64,000 nucleotides of DNA from IMG/VR virus record IMGVR_UViG_3300042514_001512; one strand, written 5' to 3'. The stretch is from an uncultured virus (IMG/VR IMGVR_UViG_3300042514_001512) (lineage: Duplodnaviria; Heunggongvirae; Uroviricota; Caudoviricetes). The notes below the pieces were generated by a model that saw nothing but the letters and a program-made list of their open reading frames with translations, was not told where the DNA came from and did not search any database. Below, in pieces: positions 10,746-20,411 of the stretch (positions within the stretch are counted from its first letter, which is position 1; each line of letters begins with the position of its first letter). A program made the position numbers and the translations under genes.

Positions 10746-11411
10746 ATGGATTTCTACATTAAGAAAAACGCAACCTTACCTGTGATTAAACTCCAAGTGG
10801 TGAAGGATGGTCGAAGTGACTATGATAGCTTCATGAAAACTATTGAGTTATCGGCAATATTCTTTTCAATGGTTGATTCTGATACAGGTATACCAAAAAT
10901 TAGTTCAAGACCGGCAGGATTTGTTGAGAAAACATTCTTAGACCCCAACGCCGAACCAGAATATTACATTTATTATCAATTTACCTCAAAAGACACTAAT
11001 AGAGTTGGTTCATATGAAGGACAATTTATGTTAAGAAACGATGATGGTGTTTTAATATTGCCAATACGTGAAAAATTAAACATCAACATCCAAGACTCAT
11101 TTATTGCGGATGACTTAGTTTATGATAGTTGTTATGTTTCAGAATTCCCTTGTTGTGTTAACGGACCTTTTGTTTCGACAACAACAACTTCTCCATGTCC
11201 AAGTTGTCCAACATGTCCTGAACCAACACCGACACCTCAACCAACAACAACTACTACGACATATAACCCAACAACAACAACAACCACACATTCGCCAACT
11301 CCAACACCAACATTAACACCAACGCCAGAACCCGAAATTTTAATCAATCCTATCTTAGTTGGTGAAGACCAATATTTGAGTGTTGGGGATAATGAATATT
11401 TAGAATATTAA
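10746..11411 (+). CDS. BppU-like virion protein with Cys/Thr/Pro-rich C-terminal tail
   Basis: N-terminal FYIKKNATLP...YQFTSKDT...G.YEGQF pattern; tail TTTTSPCPSCPTCPEPTPTPQPTTTTTT. Confidence 0.55.
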   Translation: MDFYIKKNATLPVIKLQVVKDGRSDYDSFMKTIELSAIFFSMVDSDTGIPKISSRPAGFVEKTFLDPNAEPEYYIYYQFTSKDTNRVGSYEGQFMLRNDDGVLILPIREKLNINIQDSFIADDLVYDSCYVSEFPCCVNGPFVSTTTTSPCPSCPTCPEPTPTPQPTTTTTTYNPTTTTTTHSPTPTPTLTPTPEPEILINPILVGEDQYLSVGDNEYLEY

Positions 11412-11458
11412 TAATCCATCTTTAAAAATTAAACTATTTATAAAATAAAAAACAAATT

Positions 11459-13936
11459 ATGGCATTAACAGGAAAAACAATTGGACAACTAACATATCTT
11501 TCGGGAGTAACAACGGATACATTATTTCCCGTAGAATTGAGTGGTGATACATACCATATAGCATATTCTGCGTTCACTAATTCAAACTATAACGAAGGAA
11601 CTTACGATAATTTATATTCATTCGCCACAGGTGGAACACTAACCGCTGGAAGTTATTATTTAATGACTGATTATCAAGCTTGTTATGACCAACCAAACTA
11701 TGATAATGTAAAAAATCCAATTACTACAGGTAACTATAAAACAGGAACAACCGAACCAATTTTATTATTGGCAATATCTACAACAGGATTTTCACCTACC
11801 GTATATTCTACATTATACCCTAATGATAACATAACATACGACATAACTTGGAATACCACTGAAATCACGAGTAGTCCTGCAAAAGGTAGAATCACTGAAA
11901 GAATTGATAACTTTAATAATAGAACTGATTATGATAACAGAAGTATTTTATTTAAAAGATATCATGGATATTCATATGAAGAAAATAGTCCATTAGGTGG
12001 TCTTGTTGGGATAAGTGGTTTAACAGGAACAATTGCCGTGTTATATGGTAACGCAAGTACCACATTTACCTCAAATTTCTCAACAGGGTCGATTGTTTCA
12101 GTACAAAATTTAAATCCTTCCTTTTTTGAAGTTATGTCTGTTGTAACCAATTCTTTGGCAATTATATCAGGTGTAACAATAAGTGAAACTACTAACTCAC
12201 CTTATTATTCTGGAAATGATGATGGTATAATGAGTTATTACCAACCTAATATAAGACAAAACCAAGTTTTTGAATATACAACATTTGGGGATGCTTTAGA
12301 TGTTAGTTCTGCGATAAATAACTACATTGGTAACCAATCCAATTTATATTTAGAAGATAATAGTGGACAGTTTTTATTGGCTAATAATGTGTTTTTAGAT
12401 GGGTCTTTTTTAAATAACACCATCGGTAACGGTTCTTATAATAACACATTTAATGATGATTGTGATAATAATCAAATAGGAGACAGATTTTATAATAACT
12501 CAACAAATGATGATTTTGATGGTAATATAATTGGAGAAAATTTTAGGAACAATTACATCACATCAAATTTCAATAATAATAGAATTGGTAGTGATTTTTA
12601 TAGTAACACTTTACTAGGTGGGTCTTTTTATAGAAACAATATTGGAAATGATTTTAATAATAATGTTTGGACTAATTCAGATTTTCAAAATAATGAAATA
12701 GGAAATCAGTTTAATGATAATAAAATTTATGATGACTTCTATAATAACGATATTGGTAATGGATATAATAACAATGAAAGTTATTCACAATTTTATCGTA
12801 ATTTAATTGGGAACGGATATAATAGTAATACCATATATTCAGAATTTTATGAAAATAATATTGAACACGTTTTTTATGATAATACTATTGGGACTAATTT
12901 AACTATTGGGTCATATGATTTTAGGGGTAATAGGATTGGAAATGACTTCGAAAATAATACGATTATTGTTAATTTTGAAAACAACAACATTTTAAATGAT
13001 TTTAATACTAATACCATATATTTTGAGTTTAGAAAAAATTCAATATTAAATGGTTTTAATCTAAATACAATTGGTGGAGTTAACAACTTGGGTCTTCTTT
13101 TTGAGAATAACCAAATTATGAATAACTTTAAGGGTAACGACATTCAAGGTAATTTTTGGAGTAACCAAATTAAAACAGATTTTAAAGGTAATGATATATT
13201 TGAGGAGTTTGGATATAATAACATAGGATTTGGGTGTTCACCTAATTCTTTTAGTGGTATCACAATACATAACAATATTGGTGATAATTTTTCATTTAAT
13301 ACTTGTTATGGTGTATTTTCGTACAACACAATAGGAACTAATTTCAATTCTAATGATGTACAAGATGGATTTGGTTTTGGTGGGGTATCTTATCAGGGAA
13401 ATAGAATTGGGAATAATTTTAATGATAATACTATTGGTGAATACTTCTACAATAATACGATACCTGATAACTTTACCGATAATACAGTTGGGGATTCATT
13501 CCAATGGAATATTGTTAATACCTATGTTGATAATATCGATTTCACCACAAACTATGGAAACATAAGTGGTATTACTTATAGTGCAACAGGAACTACGGCA
13601 ACTGATTCGTCATATGGTAGTATTAGTGGTACAACTAATGGTATAGGCGTTAACGCATTATTTCAAATTGATGTGGTTGGTGGAATTGTCACTAATGTTT
13701 CAATTATCAGTGGAGGAACATTATACTCAACTGGTAATACAGTAACAATATTAGGTAGTCAAATTGGTGGGACTGATGGTGTTGATAATGTTATTATTAC
13801 GGTTTCTAGTGTTAGTCAAACACCATCTGTTTATGAGGAGTACACTTGCAATATCTTTAAAAATTCTGCACTATTAAATAGATTATCTTACTATGATGGA
13901 AGTGACGTATTAAACATAAAAAATATAAACGAATAA
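11459..13936 (+). CDS. Tail fibre/spike-like protein with beta-helix repeats
   Basis: Many ~9-residue F-x-N-N-x-I-G repeats at ~12380-13530; Gly/Thr/Ser-rich ends. Confidence 0.6.
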   Translation: MALTGKTIGQLTYLSGVTTDTLFPVELSGDTYHIAYSAFTNSNYNEGTYDNLYSFATGGTLTAGSYYLMTDYQACYDQPNYDNVKNPITTGNYKTGTTEPILLLAISTTGFSPTVYSTLYPNDNITYDITWNTTEITSSPAKGRITERIDNFNNRTDYDNRSILFKRYHGYSYEENSPLGGLVGISGLTGTIAVLYGNASTTFTSNFSTGSIVSVQNLNPSFFEVMSVVTNSLAIISGVTISETTNSPYYSGNDDGIMSYYQPNIRQNQVFEYTTFGDALDVSSAINNYIGNQSNLYLEDNSGQFLLANNVFLDGSFLNNTIGNGSYNNTFNDDCDNNQIGDRFYNNSTNDDFDGNIIGENFRNNYITSNFNNNRIGSDFYSNTLLGGSFYRNNIGNDFNNNVWTNSDFQNNEIGNQFNDNKIYDDFYNNDIGNGYNNNESYSQFYRNLIGNGYNSNTIYSEFYENNIEHVFYDNTIGTNLTIGSYDFRGNRIGNDFENNTIIVNFENNNILNDFNTNTIYFEFRKNSILNGFNLNTIGGVNNLGLLFENNQIMNNFKGNDIQGNFWSNQIKTDFKGNDIFEEFGYNNIGFGCSPNSFSGITIHNNIGDNFSFNTCYGVFSYNTIGTNFNSNDVQDGFGFGGVSYQGNRIGNNFNDNTIGEYFYNNTIPDNFTDNTVGDSFQWNIVNTYVDNIDFTTNYGNISGITYSATGTTATDSSYGSISGTTNGIGVNALFQIDVVGGIVTNVSIISGGTLYSTGNTVTILGSQIGGTDGVDNVIITVSSVSQTPSVYEEYTCNIFKNSALLNRLSYYDGSDVLNIKNINE

Positions 13937-13938
13937 TA

Positions 13939-14901
13939 ATGACAACAAAATACATAGTAGATAATTTAACAGGACAAACCATAACGGGTGATATAACCAT
14001 AAATGGGAATTTAAGTGTTACCGGTGTTACAACAGGAAGTTTAGCAACCTATAAAGCACTACTAACTCAGTTAGGTTCTCAGACCGGTACAACCTTAAAT
14101 GATTTTAATGACGGTTTAATTATAGGCGAAACCTATACAATAACTGATTATGTTAGTGGTGATAGTTTTAGTAATGTCGCTAATGTAACGAGTGGAGTTA
14201 TAGACACAACGGGATGTGAATTTATTGCAACAGGAGAAACACCAACAAATTGGAGTAACGGTTCTACTTTAGTATCTAGCGGTAATTTAGTGGTAAAAGT
14301 ATTAGAAAACAATTTGGGATTTGACATTGAGTGGGTTAATGATGATGAATTCCAACCAGGATTTTATTTAGGTGTTAATTCAACCACAGGACCACTGTAT
14401 AATACTTTTAATAGAAACACAACATTCGTTCAAGGAGGAGGGTCTTCAATTTCATTTTTTGGACCTTTCATATCAGAAACTTTTGCAACACCTATTAGTT
14501 TTAACGAGAAGGATGATAGTGTTGTTGTTGCGATTTTTGATTTAAGTGAAGAACCTACACCAGTTTCAGATAATTTATATTATTTTCCTATTGAGATTCA
14601 AATTCAACAAGATACCGACACAACACCAATTGTAATAAGTGGAACTGTAGAATCATCATTTCCTATTAATGATACTAGTATTTCTTTGTTTTGTAATGGA
14701 AATTACATTCAATCACTTTACGGAGATGGTACAGTAAATGATATGTCAGAACTTATAACTTACTTAAACTCTTTACCAAATACAAGTTATTTAGGAACAT
14801 ATTCTAATGATGGAGATGGAGTTCTTTTAGAAATGTCAACCAATTTAGTAAATCAATTCTGTTCTAGTGGAACATTAACGTTTGAGGTATTCAACGATTA
14901 A
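13939..14901 (+). CDS. Hypothetical protein, probably virion fibre-associated
   Basis: QTITGDITINGNLSVTG fibre-like N-terminus; starts 2 bp after the previous gene. Confidence 0.5.
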   Translation: MTTKYIVDNLTGQTITGDITINGNLSVTGVTTGSLATYKALLTQLGSQTGTTLNDFNDGLIIGETYTITDYVSGDSFSNVANVTSGVIDTTGCEFIATGETPTNWSNGSTLVSSGNLVVKVLENNLGFDIEWVNDDEFQPGFYLGVNSTTGPLYNTFNRNTTFVQGGGSSISFFGPFISETFATPISFNEKDDSVVVAIFDLSEEPTPVSDNLYYFPIEIQIQQDTDTTPIVISGTVESSFPINDTSISLFCNGNYIQSLYGDGTVNDMSELITYLNSLPNTSYLGTYSNDGDGVLLEMSTNLVNQFCSSGTLTFEVFND

Positions 14902-14920
14902 ATTTATAAAATTTAAAAAA

Positions 14921-15160
14921 ATGATAAAATATATTAAAAGAAAAAGTGATAATAAGTTTCTACAATCTTTAGAAAATGATGTTTGGGTTGATAACTCAAA
15001 GGAGGCTTATGAAATGACATATAGAGAATGTGAGAATACAAAAACCACATTACTTAACACATATACTTCTGAAGAAATAACTGAAGTTTTTAATATGTTT
15101 AAGAGTAAACCAATGTCAAGAGAAGAAAAAAAAGAACTACTTAATTTACTAAAAAAATAA
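14921..15160 (+). CDS. Hypothetical protein (79 aa)
   Basis: In-frame ATG at 14921 after an A-rich leader preferred to the track's TTG at 14882. Confidence 0.6.
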   Translation: MIKYIKRKSDNKFLQSLENDVWVDNSKEAYEMTYRECENTKTTLLNTYTSEEITEVFNMFKSKPMSREEKKELLNLLKK

Positions 15161-15164
15161 CCCT

Positions 15165-15413
15165 ATGAGAATAAATATTTTAACAGAAAACGATAAGGTA
15201 GAACAAGTAAGAGAAGCTTGGGTAAATAAAAATGTTATGAAAATACCTTGCTCATCAACAGGAGAAGAACCTGCAACTCATTGGTTTTGCGCAATGGCAG
15301 GTTCTGAGGAAAAAATGAACTCTATTTACGCTAAGAAAAACTTATCTATTATGGAATTAGAAATTGGTCCAAAAGAATTTCTTAATAAATGGAATCTGAA
15401 AATTATAAGATAG
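15165..15413 (+). CDS. Hypothetical protein
   Basis: Operon-like spacing. Confidence 0.6.
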   Translation: MRINILTENDKVEQVREAWVNKNVMKIPCSSTGEEPATHWFCAMAGSEEKMNSIYAKKNLSIMELEIGPKEFLNKWNLKIIR

Positions 15414-16021
15414 TAAAAAATTTCATCAGTGATGATGAGGTTAATCTAATTGTTGATTGGGTAGATTCATTAAATCCTGAAGACGGTGACCCCAATTACC
15501 ACTTAAGTGAAATCTCAAAAACACTAAAGGGAAAATCTTGTGTTATAGACATCTCAAATACCGAACTTACAAACTACATTACAAACTTTCAATCAGTTTC
15601 TAAAGTTTCAAATCAAAAGACCCCCCAAATTATCAAAAATATTTTTAAAAGGATATCTGAAAAAAATAACCTACCCCTTGATAATATCTTTATTCAAGCG
15701 GTTGATATGAAAAAAGGTGGTAGAATACAACCCCACTATGACGCATCAATTGATGGTTACATAAATTATAAGTGTAACATAAGTGTGTTATCAGAAGATT
15801 ACAAAATTTTTATAGACGGTTCTTCACCTGTAATAGAACAAAAAGACTTATACTGTTTTGAGGCGTCTTTATACAAACATTGGACCGAAGAGTTTAACTC
15901 AAGAAGAGTTTTTTTAAGTTTTGGGTTTATAGTTCCATATCATGTTTTGGGTAGAACTCATGACGACCCAAGAGTTAGATTAAGTCAAAGAATTGTAAAA
16001 TATTTTCAAAAACTTAGTTGA
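15389..16021 (+). CDS. 2OG-Fe(II) dioxygenase (prolyl-hydroxylase-like)
   Basis: YKIVKNFISDDE start, PHYD (HxD), KH distal His, RRVFLSF (2OG-binding Arg). Confidence 0.75.
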   Translation: MESENYKIVKNFISDDEVNLIVDWVDSLNPEDGDPNYHLSEISKTLKGKSCVIDISNTELTNYITNFQSVSKVSNQKTPQIIKNIFKRISEKNNLPLDNIFIQAVDMKKGGRIQPHYDASIDGYINYKCNISVLSEDYKIFIDGSSPVIEQKDLYCFEASLYKHWTEEFNSRRVFLSFGFIVPYHVLGRTHDDPRVRLSQRIVKYFQKLS

Positions 16022-16046
16022 TATAAAACAAAACAAAACCTATATT
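16018..16046 (+). promoter_or_regulatory. Sigma70-like promoter of the DNA polymerase gene
   Basis: TTGATA-N17-TATATT. Confidence 0.5.
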
Positions 16047-16108
16047 TATTTACGAAGGTAAATGCCGACCTTATTCGGTAGCTAATACACCAACTAACAT
16101 AATTTATA

Positions 16109-18895
16109 GTGATAAGTCAAGAAGAAATTAAGTCGTTTCTTGAGGGGAGTGACCCTGAAGAACATATTGTGGCCATAGAGTTTGATTATGTCACAGATTC
16201 TATATACAAAATTAAAGAAATACCTGGTCAAGGTAAAATAATCAAAAAAGATACTTTCACGGCATTTGCTTGGGTTGGTGACTTAAGAGGTTTGAATTTT
16301 TATTCATCTTCTAAGGACCAACAGAAAGCGGCAATGACCAAATATGGTATTGTTATAGATAAGTTAGAAACTGAAGGTAATGAAAGATTAGAACAAGGAC
16401 TTAAGTTCATGGTCAAATCTTTAAAAGGATACCGAACATTAATACAATTTTTTAGGGACGGTGGGTTAGACCCATGGTCAGAACGAGCTAAAAATTTAAT
16501 CTTAGTTCTTCCTCCTGTAGAACAATATCTAATCTCAAGGGAGAAGAGGTTATTCAAAGGGTACGAGGAATATAATGACATCACGAGACTCGGATTCGAC
16601 TTAGAGACGACCTCTCTTGAACCTAAAGACGGTCGTATATTCATGATAGGAATCAAAACCAATAAAGGATTCCAAAGAGTTATTGAATGTGCTGACGAAG
16701 ACCAAGAAAGAAGAGGTATTGTAGAATTTTTTAGAATTATAGATGAATTAAAACCATCAATTATTGGTGGATATAACTCTTTTAACTTTGACTGGTTTTG
16801 GATATTCGAAAGATGTAAGGCTCTAAATTTAGACATTAAAAAGATATCAAAATCACTAAACCCATCAAGGCCAATCTCTCAAAAGGATGGTATGTTAAAA
16901 CTTGCTAACGAGGTTGAGAGATTTGTTCAAACAGGGTTATGGGGGTATAACATCATCGACATCATTCACTCTGTCCGTAGAGCTCAAGCAATTAACTCAA
17001 GTATTAAATCAGCGGGTTTGAAATATATAACTCAATACATTAACGCTGAAGCGCCTGACCGTGTATACATCCCCCATGAAGAAATTGGTTCTATGTATGC
17101 CAATAAAGAAGAGTTTTGGTTAAACGTAACTAATGGGAAATACAAGAGGGCGGATAAACCTGAGTTTAATAATTTAGACACTCGTTTTCCTGGTACCTAC
17201 ATTAAAGTTACAGGTGATAATATAGTTGAGCGTTATCTTGACGATGACTTAGAGGAAACGTTAACTGTCGATGATGAGTTCAATCAGGGAACGTTTCTAT
17301 TAGCATCAATGGTACCTACAACATATGAAAGAGTATCAACAATGGGTACCGCAACATTATGGAAAATGTTGATGTTAGCTTGGTCTCATAAATACAAATT
17401 AGCAATCCCAAAAAAACAAGAAAAGACAGAATTTGTTGGTGGTTTATCAAGACTACTTAAAGTAGGGTATTCAAGAAACGTATTAAAACTTGACTACTCT
17501 TCTCTATATCCATCAATTCAGTTAGTACATGACGTATTCCCTGAATGTGATGTTAGAGGGGCGATGAAAGGAATGTTATCTTATTTCCGTAATGCTCGTA
17601 TTATGTATAAAAACTTGGCGTCAGAATTTTATGATGTGGATAAAAAGAAATCATTATCTTATGACCGTAAACAATTACCGATTAAGATTTTTATTAACTC
17701 AATGTTTGGCGCGTTATCCGCACCTCAAGTATTTGCGTGGGGTGATATGTATATGGGGGAACAAATTACCTGTACAGGTAGACAATATCTTCGTCAGATG
17801 ATTAAGTTCTTTATTAAGAAAGGTTACACTCCACTTGTAATGGATACTGACGGTGTCAACTTTGCTAAACCTGAGGGGTGGGAAAATAGACGTTATATTG
17901 GTAAAGGTCTTAACTGGAAAGTTAAAGAAGGTAAGGAATACACTGGTGATGATTCGGACGTTGCAGAATTTAACGATTTATTCATGAGAGGTGAAATGGC
18001 TTTAGATACTGATGGTACTTGGCCGTCATGTATTAACTTGGCTCGTAAGAATTATGCTGTTATGGAGTCAAGTGGTAAAGTTAAATTAACTGGTAATACA
18101 ATTAAATCTAAAAAATTACCACTATACATTGAGGACTTTTTAGATAAAGGGGTTAAACAATTACTTGAGGGTAAAGGTCAAGAATTTGTTGAGTGGTACT
18201 ACGAGTATGTTCAGAAAATATTTAATTTAGAAATTCCTTTAATGAAAATTGCCCAAAGAGCTAAAGTTAAATTATCTTTAGATGATTATAAAAAACGTTG
18301 TACTCAAAAAACCAAAGCCGGCTCATTAATGAGTAGAATGGCTCATATGGAGTTAGCCATCAAACATAATCTAAACATTCAGTTAGGTGATGTTATTTAT
18401 TATGTAAATAACGGATTAAGAGCTTCTCATGGTGATGTTCAAAAAATTACTAAAGCTAACTATACTAAAAAAGAATTAGATTTATTTTCCCAAGAAAATG
18501 GTAAAGAACCTGAGAATAAAAGTACCTCAATAATACAACTTAATTGTTATATGTTAGAACCAACTGAGATTGAGAATAATCCAAACATGAAAGGTGAATA
18601 TAACATACAAAGAGCCATAACAACCTTTAATAAAAGAATTGCCCCCCTATTAGTAGTATTCAAAGAAGAAGTTAGAAACGGATTAATTGTAAACAATCCT
18701 GAAGACCGTGGTTTTTTTACTAAGGGACAATGTGAATTAATTAATGGAGTACCATTTAAAGAGGGTGACCAAGATACCTTAGAGGAAGTGTTAACTTTAT
18801 CTGATGGTGAAGTTAAATATTGGGATAAAAGAGGAATGAGCCCTGATTATATATATGAATTAGCTTCTGAAGGATGGGAAAAGTTTATAAATTAA
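16109..18895 (+). CDS. Family B DNA polymerase with 3'-5' exonuclease
   Basis: FDLETT, GYNSFNFDW, LDYSSLYPS, KIFINSMFG, MDTDG, KNYA. Confidence 0.95.
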   Translation: MISQEEIKSFLEGSDPEEHIVAIEFDYVTDSIYKIKEIPGQGKIIKKDTFTAFAWVGDLRGLNFYSSSKDQQKAAMTKYGIVIDKLETEGNERLEQGLKFMVKSLKGYRTLIQFFRDGGLDPWSERAKNLILVLPPVEQYLISREKRLFKGYEEYNDITRLGFDLETTSLEPKDGRIFMIGIKTNKGFQRVIECADEDQERRGIVEFFRIIDELKPSIIGGYNSFNFDWFWIFERCKALNLDIKKISKSLNPSRPISQKDGMLKLANEVERFVQTGLWGYNIIDIIHSVRRAQAINSSIKSAGLKYITQYINAEAPDRVYIPHEEIGSMYANKEEFWLNVTNGKYKRADKPEFNNLDTRFPGTYIKVTGDNIVERYLDDDLEETLTVDDEFNQGTFLLASMVPTTYERVSTMGTATLWKMLMLAWSHKYKLAIPKKQEKTEFVGGLSRLLKVGYSRNVLKLDYSSLYPSIQLVHDVFPECDVRGAMKGMLSYFRNARIMYKNLASEFYDVDKKKSLSYDRKQLPIKIFINSMFGALSAPQVFAWGDMYMGEQITCTGRQYLRQMIKFFIKKGYTPLVMDTDGVNFAKPEGWENRRYIGKGLNWKVKEGKEYTGDDSDVAEFNDLFMRGEMALDTDGTWPSCINLARKNYAVMESSGKVKLTGNTIKSKKLPLYIEDFLDKGVKQLLEGKGQEFVEWYYEYVQKIFNLEIPLMKIAQRAKVKLSLDDYKKRCTQKTKAGSLMSRMAHMELAIKHNLNIQLGDVIYYVNNGLRASHGDVQKITKANYTKKELDLFSQENGKEPENKSTSIIQLNCYMLEPTEIENNPNMKGEYNIQRAITTFNKRIAPLLVVFKEEVRNGLIVNNPEDRGFFTKGQCELINGVPFKEGDQDTLEEVLTLSDGEVKYWDKRGMSPDYIYELASEGWEKFIN

Positions 18896-19266
18896 CTTAA
18901 CTTTAATCCATCAGAGGATATAATGTACCAAACATCGTCCATCATAAGAAATTCAACACAAGCACCTTTATCGATTAAAATTTCGTCATAGTACTCGTCA
19001 ATTTTATTTTTACTAGGAACAATTAATACTTTTGTTAATGTTTTAATAACAATATATTCTGTAGTGTCTGAGTTTAAAGTTATTTTTGATTGTTCAACAT
19101 CTTTAACTAATATAAACTCTTCACCATTAGTACTATAATTAGGTTCTCTGACAACTAATCTAAGTTCGGGGTTTTGAGACATACTAACGGGCGGTTGAGT
19201 TTCTCTACCCCCAACAAATATTTTATCCCCAATTTGTTTTCTACCAAAATTTTTTCTTATTGTCAT
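18892..19266 (-). CDS. Hypothetical protein
   Basis: 124-aa ORF in the minus-strand operon, 1 bp after the neck gene. Confidence 0.7.
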   Translation of the reverse strand: MTIRKNFGRKQIGDKIFVGGRETQPPVSMSQNPELRLVVREPNYSTNGEEFILVKDVEQSKITLNSDTTEYIVIKTLTKVLIVPSKNKIDEYYDEILIDKGACVEFLMMDDVWYIISSDGLKLS

Positions 19267-19267
19267 A

Positions 19268-20389
19268 TTAGATTACATATATTTGTCTTGGCATTGCTCT
19301 AAACTTAAGTGATTTGTTTAAATTCTCCGCCAAAAGAGCTTCACGCTCCATTACTTTATCAGGTTTTAATCTGGCTAAAGTACCCTCAACACCAATTAAT
19401 TCCTCTACTAATTTAAGTTTTTCGTCTTTACCTTCAGTTAATAAACTAGTATAATCCATTGTTAATTCACTATCAGGTGTTTTAATGTTACCACTAAATT
19501 TACCTCTAACTCTACCTAAAGTTTCTTTACAAGTTGCGATGAAATATCTTCTAACCCATTGTTTTGCGGGGTTATTTAATTCGGGCCAAGAGAACTTATC
19601 TAAAGGAACATCTGAAGGCATTTTAATAATGTCAGGATTATTTTTTAAACATTTGTCTCTATCTTCAGGACCAACATCATAATACCAATACCATACTTTA
19701 CCCCTATTTAAATTTCTATTACCAAAATCAAATTTACCACCAGGTGTATTCATTAAATGAATTGCTTTTTTACCTTCAGGTAACGCAGTTATTGTATAGG
19801 TTAAATCTCCTGATATAATTCTTCTTTGAATATTAATTTCTTGCATTCTTAATAATATATCAAATGCCGGCATCATAAAATATGACCCCGTATTACCCAT
19901 TTGTGAAAAACCACCAGGTCCACCAATTCCACCACCGCCTAAACCTCCAAATGAAAAAGCATCAAAATATACACCATTTAAGTCTGATGGTGTAAACCAT
20001 AATAACTCGTTAATCTCTCTATGTGCGGGTATTTCGTAAATTTGTTGATTAGGTTCTAATTGTATATAGTCTTTTTTAAGGACCCAATCACCACCAGCTT
20101 GTAATCCAACAATTTTAGAATAGGCGTAAGTATATCTTGTTTCAAAGTCTAATGTCTTTGTAACAAAAGCTCTTGATAAAGATTGTGTGTCTAAGTTTAA
20201 TCCCCATAGATTTGACCACTGAGATTCAATTAACCAATTTTGTACGTATTGAGAATAGTCGTCAATTGCAAATTCCAATAACGTATCCATTTGTTCGTCC
20301 TCTAATTCAACCGAACGTAGAGGTGCCCCAAGTAAATGTCTTACTTTAGTATATAATGGGCTTCTTTCATTTTCTGGTATTATTGCCAT
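19268..20389 (-). CDS. Neck / head-tail adaptor protein (T4 gp13-like)
   Basis: LGAPLRSVELEDEQ and WVRRYFIATCKETLGRVRGKF patterns. Confidence 0.7.
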   Translation of the reverse strand: MAIIPENERSPLYTKVRHLLGAPLRSVELEDEQMDTLLEFAIDDYSQYVQNWLIESQWSNLWGLNLDTQSLSRAFVTKTLDFETRYTYAYSKIVGLQAGGDWVLKKDYIQLEPNQQIYEIPAHREINELLWFTPSDLNGVYFDAFSFGGLGGGGIGGPGGFSQMGNTGSYFMMPAFDILLRMQEINIQRRIISGDLTYTITALPEGKKAIHLMNTPGGKFDFGNRNLNRGKVWYWYYDVGPEDRDKCLKNNPDIIKMPSDVPLDKFSWPELNNPAKQWVRRYFIATCKETLGRVRGKFSGNIKTPDSELTMDYTSLLTEGKDEKLKLVEELIGVEGTLARLKPDKVMEREALLAENLNKSLKFRAMPRQIYVI

Positions 20390-20411
20390 GTTTTTCGTTT
20401 CTATATAAATA

